From NCBI GenBank assembly GCA_001802645.1, contig MGZJ01000061.1, forward strand, positions 24,522 through 56,521: 32,000 nucleotides of DNA, read 5' to 3'. The notes under the pieces are model-generated. The model was given only the letters and a program-made list of their open reading frames with translations, was not told the origin of the DNA and made no database searches. The translations under genes were made by a program, and so were the position numbers. Shown in pieces: positions 28,501-32,000 of the stretch. How positions within the stretch are numbered: position 1 is the stretch's first letter; every line of letters begins with the position of its first letter. Origin of the DNA: Geobacteraceae bacterium GWC2_53_11 (GTDB lineage Bacteria > Desulfobacterota > Desulfuromonadia > Geobacterales > Pseudopelobacteraceae).

Positions 28501-28583
28501 GATATCTTGTCAATGGTCAAAACTTTGCTCTTTACACGGTACCTAAAACTGCTACACTTCGCGGCCTGCAACCTGAGCGAGGA

Positions 28584-28862
28584 ATGAAGATACGTATGGA
28601 CAATACGAATATTGAGCAAAAGCAGGATGCGATGATCTGCCGTTATTTCAAAGTGGCCCACCGTGATATGGTCTTCCTCAAGTTTATCCTGGAAGCGTAT
28701 GAGGGGATGAACGTCATGAGTACTGTTGATAACAAGGCTGGTATCATCCGGATCGCCATCATGCGTGGCTTTTTGGATGATATGGATCGGCTGCTCGCAG
28801 AGCTTGGAGAGCAGGTGGTGATGGAACCGGTGGAGTGGCATGATGAATCCTGTACCTACTGA
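28584..28862 (+). CDS. Small (~92 aa) conserved hypothetical protein, DUF4911-like
   Basis: The ATG at 28584 is preceded by GAGCGAGG. The core FLKFILEAYEGMNVMSTVD..GIIRI resembles my recollection of the DUF4911 family found in deltaproteobacteria. The track's upstream extension covers the antisense strand of the riboswitch and promoter and is rejected. Confidence 0.55.
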   Translation: MKIRMDNTNIEQKQDAMICRYFKVAHRDMVFLKFILEAYEGMNVMSTVDNKAGIIRIAIMRGFLDDMDRLLAELGEQVVMEPVEWHDESCTY

Positions 28863-30081
28863 AACCGGTCAACGTGGTGCCCGTTACGCGCTTGCCCTGC
28901 TGCTGACGGTCAATCTGCTGAATTATGTTGACCGTCAGACGCTCTATGCCGTTTTTCCACTCATAAAGGCGGATTTGCACCTCTCCGATGCCGGACTCGG
29001 CTTTCTGGGAAGTGCCTTCATGTTCAGTTACATGCTGGCCGCCCCGGTTTTTGGCCGGCTGGGGGATCGAGCCAATAGGGCCCATCTTGCGGCGGGCGGT
29101 CTGGCTGTCTGGAGCGTAGCGACGATACTTTCCGGCATGGCTACATCATACCGGATGTTGCTGTCAGCACGAGCGCTGGTAGGGGTGGGGGAAGCCAGCT
29201 TTGGCACAGTGTCGCCCGGTCTGCTGGCAGATTATTTTCCCCGTGAACGCCGCGGCCGTATGTTGTCGCTCTTCTTTTTGGCAATTCCGGTCGGCAGTGC
29301 TTTGGGATATATTCTGGGGGGACAGCTTGGGCAGGCATTCGGCTGGCAGCGGGCTTTTCTGCTCGTCGGGTTGCCCGGACTCCTTCTGGCCGTACCGCTT
29401 TACCTTCTGTACGAGCCTCGCCGGAGCGACCATGCTGTTTCGCGTCAGCATGAACGGCTCATGCCGCAATTGCGACGTTTTTGGCAGAACCGCACCTATG
29501 TTCACGCCACGTTTTCGATGGCTGCCATGACCTTTGCGCTGGGAGGCCTGGCTCAGTGGGCTCCCTCTTTCCTGCAGCGCTCGTTTGGTCTTGAAGTTGC
29601 CCGCGGTAATACCATTTTCGGGATCATCACGGTCGTTTCCGGCATTCTCGGTACTCTGGCGGGAGGATGGCTGGGGGATTGGTTTCAGCGCCGGAATGCC
29701 GCCGGCTATCTCTATGTATCCGCAGTCGGGTTTTTGGCTGGGGCGCCGCTGATGATGATTGCCCTGACAACTTCCAACCTGACGATCTGTCTTGCCGCTA
29801 TTTTTTCTGCCGAATTATTCCTGTTTCTGAATACCGGACCACTCAATACCGTTCTCGTGAACGTCGTGTCGCCCGGTCAGCGGGCCATGGGGTTTGCTAT
29901 TAATATTTTTGCCATTCACGCCCTGGGGGACGCCATATCTCCGGCCATCATCGGCTTCCTCTCGGATCGGTGGGGATTGGCCCATGCACTGCTGATTACA
30001 CCTTTGGCGGTGCTGCTTGCAGCCGGTTTTGCTCTCTGGGGAGTACGCTTCCTGGTTGGTGGCCAGCAGGCGCCGGAGTAA
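28840..30081 (+). CDS. Major facilitator superfamily transporter (Spinster-like/MFS_1)
   Basis: The 413-aa protein has ~12 predicted TM helices and the MFS loop 2-3 motif GRLGDRANR, with a second-half repeat. It overlaps the preceding small gene by 23 nt. Confidence 0.88.
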   Translation: MMNPVPTETGQRGARYALALLLTVNLLNYVDRQTLYAVFPLIKADLHLSDAGLGFLGSAFMFSYMLAAPVFGRLGDRANRAHLAAGGLAVWSVATILSGMATSYRMLLSARALVGVGEASFGTVSPGLLADYFPRERRGRMLSLFFLAIPVGSALGYILGGQLGQAFGWQRAFLLVGLPGLLLAVPLYLLYEPRRSDHAVSRQHERLMPQLRRFWQNRTYVHATFSMAAMTFALGGLAQWAPSFLQRSFGLEVARGNTIFGIITVVSGILGTLAGGWLGDWFQRRNAAGYLYVSAVGFLAGAPLMMIALTTSNLTICLAAIFSAELFLFLNTGPLNTVLVNVVSPGQRAMGFAINIFAIHALGDAISPAIIGFLSDRWGLAHALLITPLAVLLAAGFALWGVRFLVGGQQAPE

Positions 30082-30142
30082 CCCGAATCGTCGCAACACT
30101 ATGGTAGTGCGGGGTACATGACGCGGCATGCCTGGTTGTTGG

Positions 30143-31336
30143 TCAAGTGCCGCCATGATGTGCCGTGTTCAACCCGGTTTCCGGTTTCGTCGGTATGCCG
30201 GTTTTCGGGTCATTGTCAGCCATGCCGACGGCGATGGTGAAGCTGAACGATTCTCCGGGGCGAAGTGTCCGCGGCCCCCATTGCATGCCGATGAAACGGT
30301 TGGTTGGGCTTACGAGGGGCATGGGCCTGGGGCCATGCGTGGTTCCGCCGCTGAAGTTTGAAACATACGCCCTGTCGGGACGGGTGTTCCTGTCCCATTC
30401 GATGAAGTTGGCTATGCCGCTGAAAGAGTGCGTCTCGTCGGCAAGGGGATTGCCGTTGTCAAACATACCGATGAACGTATCGCGCTGAACATTCACCTCC
30501 CGTTCCGCAAGCAGCAATTCATGTTCCATCCACCCCACGTCTCCTGCCGAAGATCCAAAATTTCCAACCCATGGTTCGTCACCGTACAGATACTGGATGG
30601 TTGTCGGGGTGGTCCCCCTGTTGGTAATTTCGGTTGCTAAAATGACATATTTGTTTCCGGCGCGGTAGAAGAGTACTCTGTTCAAATCCAGCGGCACACC
30701 GGCTAATGCCAGATGATGCCTGCTTTCAATGGTCAGGTTGGAACCGTCATTTTCCCGGACCCAGCTCCCCTTGAATTCCCAGTCAGATGGGTAGCTTGGC
30801 AGAAACGGGGCGGAGGGTGACACTATGCCCTCGTTGACATTGCACCAGACGTGAAACCAGCGCTGGCCGTTAAAATAGGTCATGCCCGTGGCTTCATTAT
30901 TCATGAACTGGTAGTCGGGGTCGGAGGGGGGAAGCCCGCCTCCGATAAAAAGACCGGAGGGGTATTTGCCATTACTTTCCCTGAAACGTCCGAGATTAAT
31001 GATTATTTTGCGGCCATCGCGCCAGCTGTTCCTGATGAATCCGCGTCCTTTTTTCTTGTTCCAGCGGAAATCAAGGCAAAAATCATGGGTCAGATCGCAT
31101 TTGGGTGATTCCACGATATTTCTAAAGGGGAAGAGAAGCTTCCCCCACAGCAGGCGGTGGGCGTCCTCTGGTGTCAGGTCGTCAGTAAGTTCAAACCAGG
31201 CACCCTTTTCCCCTTCGAGTATGAACAAGCCTTCCACTTCATGATGAAAGCTGATTGTTATGTTGGCATAAAGTAAGGCTGAGCAGCAGAGTGTGACTGC
31301 AATGGCAAGAATGAGTTTGTGGCGCATGTTTCTCAT
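30143..31336 (-). CDS. Membrane-anchored or exported protein of unknown function (~397 aa)
   Basis: The N-terminal signal/anchor is MRNMRHKLILAIAVTLCCSALLYA. I recognise no family motifs. The ATG at 31336 overlaps the upstream gene's TGA (ATGA). The track's extension to 31417 lies inside the upstream gene. Confidence 0.7.
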   Translation of the reverse strand: MRNMRHKLILAIAVTLCCSALLYANITISFHHEVEGLFILEGEKGAWFELTDDLTPEDAHRLLWGKLLFPFRNIVESPKCDLTHDFCLDFRWNKKKGRGFIRNSWRDGRKIIINLGRFRESNGKYPSGLFIGGGLPPSDPDYQFMNNEATGMTYFNGQRWFHVWCNVNEGIVSPSAPFLPSYPSDWEFKGSWVRENDGSNLTIESRHHLALAGVPLDLNRVLFYRAGNKYVILATEITNRGTTPTTIQYLYGDEPWVGNFGSSAGDVGWMEHELLLAEREVNVQRDTFIGMFDNGNPLADETHSFSGIANFIEWDRNTRPDRAYVSNFSGGTTHGPRPMPLVSPTNRFIGMQWGPRTLRPGESFSFTIAVGMADNDPKTGIPTKPETGLNTAHHGGT

Positions 31337-32000
31337 CCGGAAGTGACCTCGATCCGTAACCCCTGCCCGGCGCCGGATATGTAGATGAATGTGAGCGGCA
31401 GAGGGTTGCTTCCCCACGGCTCGCTACGGTAGTCGTGGCTGAATGTGCAGCGGAAGGCTTTGACCCGGCTGCCAGGAGGTATATCGAGCCCTTCCGGAAG
31501 TTCTTTGCGTCCCGGCCAACTGCATTCTGTCTGGTGTGCCTCTGCAAACGACGGCAACTTACCCATCAACGGCATCTCGCTGCTGCAGTAGTCGAAGAAA
31601 AGAGCATCGTACAGCAGGTGCCGGTCCGATTCGGGAAGGAGTGTTTCGGAAAGACGGGCAAATAGCTCAAAAACGCGGCGGCTGGAGAGGCTCGAGAGGT
31701 TTTCGTTTCCTGCCTGCCGGGCCATCCGGTCAAGTGCCGTGGACAGCGTGCCATGACTCAGTAAGACGTGAAATGCCGCCCTGAACCCGCCCTGTTTGTT
31801 GAACAGGTCGAGTAGTCTCCCGATCGTTTCGACCCGGCAGATATCATCATAAGAAAGCCATGGGTTGCGTAAAATCGTGTAGGGTGGGGCTTCTGAAAAT
31901 AAATATCCCTCCTGCTCGCCGATTTTACGCATTGGTGAGCCCTTCAGCAGTTTGAGCGGTTCGATCTGGATGTCATGGGGCTGCAGGCTGGCAACCGTAT
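31333..32000 (-). CDS. C-terminal part of a DUF4080-containing (B12-binding-type) radical SAM protein; N-terminus lies outside the window
   Basis: The frame stays open upstream of the listed Met to the window edge (..TVASLQPHDIQIEPLKLLKGSPMRKIG..). The pattern EPLKLLKGSP...PPYTILRNPWLSYDDI..IGRLLDLFNKQGGF resembles the linker and DUF4080 tail of B12-binding radical SAM enzymes. This is recalled similarity, not a search result. Confidence 0.65.
   Translation of the reverse strand, partial: TVASLQPHDIQIEPLKLLKGSPMRKIGEQEGYLFSEAPPYTILRNPWLSYDDICRVETIGRLLDLFNKQGGFRAAFHVLLSHGTLSTALDRMARQAGNENLSSLSSRRVFELFARLSETLLPESDRHLLYDALFFDYCSSEMPLMGKLPSFAEAHQTECSWPGRKELPEGLDIPPGSRVKAFRCTFSHDYRSEPWGSNPLPLTFIYISGAGQGLRIEVTSG

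Noticed and set aside
28304-28583. Plus-strand ORFs (28304..28546 and the first 70 codons of 28374..28862) covering the kup leader.
   Set aside because: This region is better explained as the antisense strand of the c-di-AMP riboswitch, its terminator and its promoter. The real small gene most likely starts at the RBS-preceded ATG at 28584.

Overview
The window looks like core chromosome from a Desulfuromonadales-type deltaproteobacterium (Geobacter/Pelobacter/Desulfuromonas-like). This placement rests on the parA-parB-atp(b'-b-delta-alpha-gamma-beta-epsilon) synteny, the split atp operon, and my reading of the proteins; it is not a database hit. Gene order: topA (5' end cut by the window edge), trmFO, an orphan GlcF-like Fe-S protein, and an XRE-cupin regulator. 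Next comes a propionyl-CoA to succinyl-CoA module: carboxyltransferase, an unusually long biotin carboxylase-BCCP fusion, a methylmalonyl-CoA mutase catalytic chain without a B12 domain, and an epimerase. After that there is a porin behind a ~350-nt leader, a secreted FG-GAP-like protein, parAB, seven F1Fo ATP synthase genes, and a TIGR01212-type radical SAM gene. On the minus strand are two tandem kup K+ transporter paralogs preceded by a clear ydaO-class c-di-AMP riboswitch with an intrinsic terminator. The window ends with a small DUF4911-like gene overlapping an MFS transporter, and a membrane-anchored protein of unknown function whose start overlaps (ATGA) the stop of a DUF4080-type radical SAM gene that runs off the 3' edge. 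I found no tRNA, rRNA, CRISPR array, transposase, integrase or recognisable defence module. The items most worth follow-up are the riboswitch/tandem-kup architecture with competing hairpins between the two copies, the atypical 969-aa carboxylase subunit, the structured porin leader, and the radical SAM-coupled unknown protein. I cannot claim a definite new system from sequence alone.
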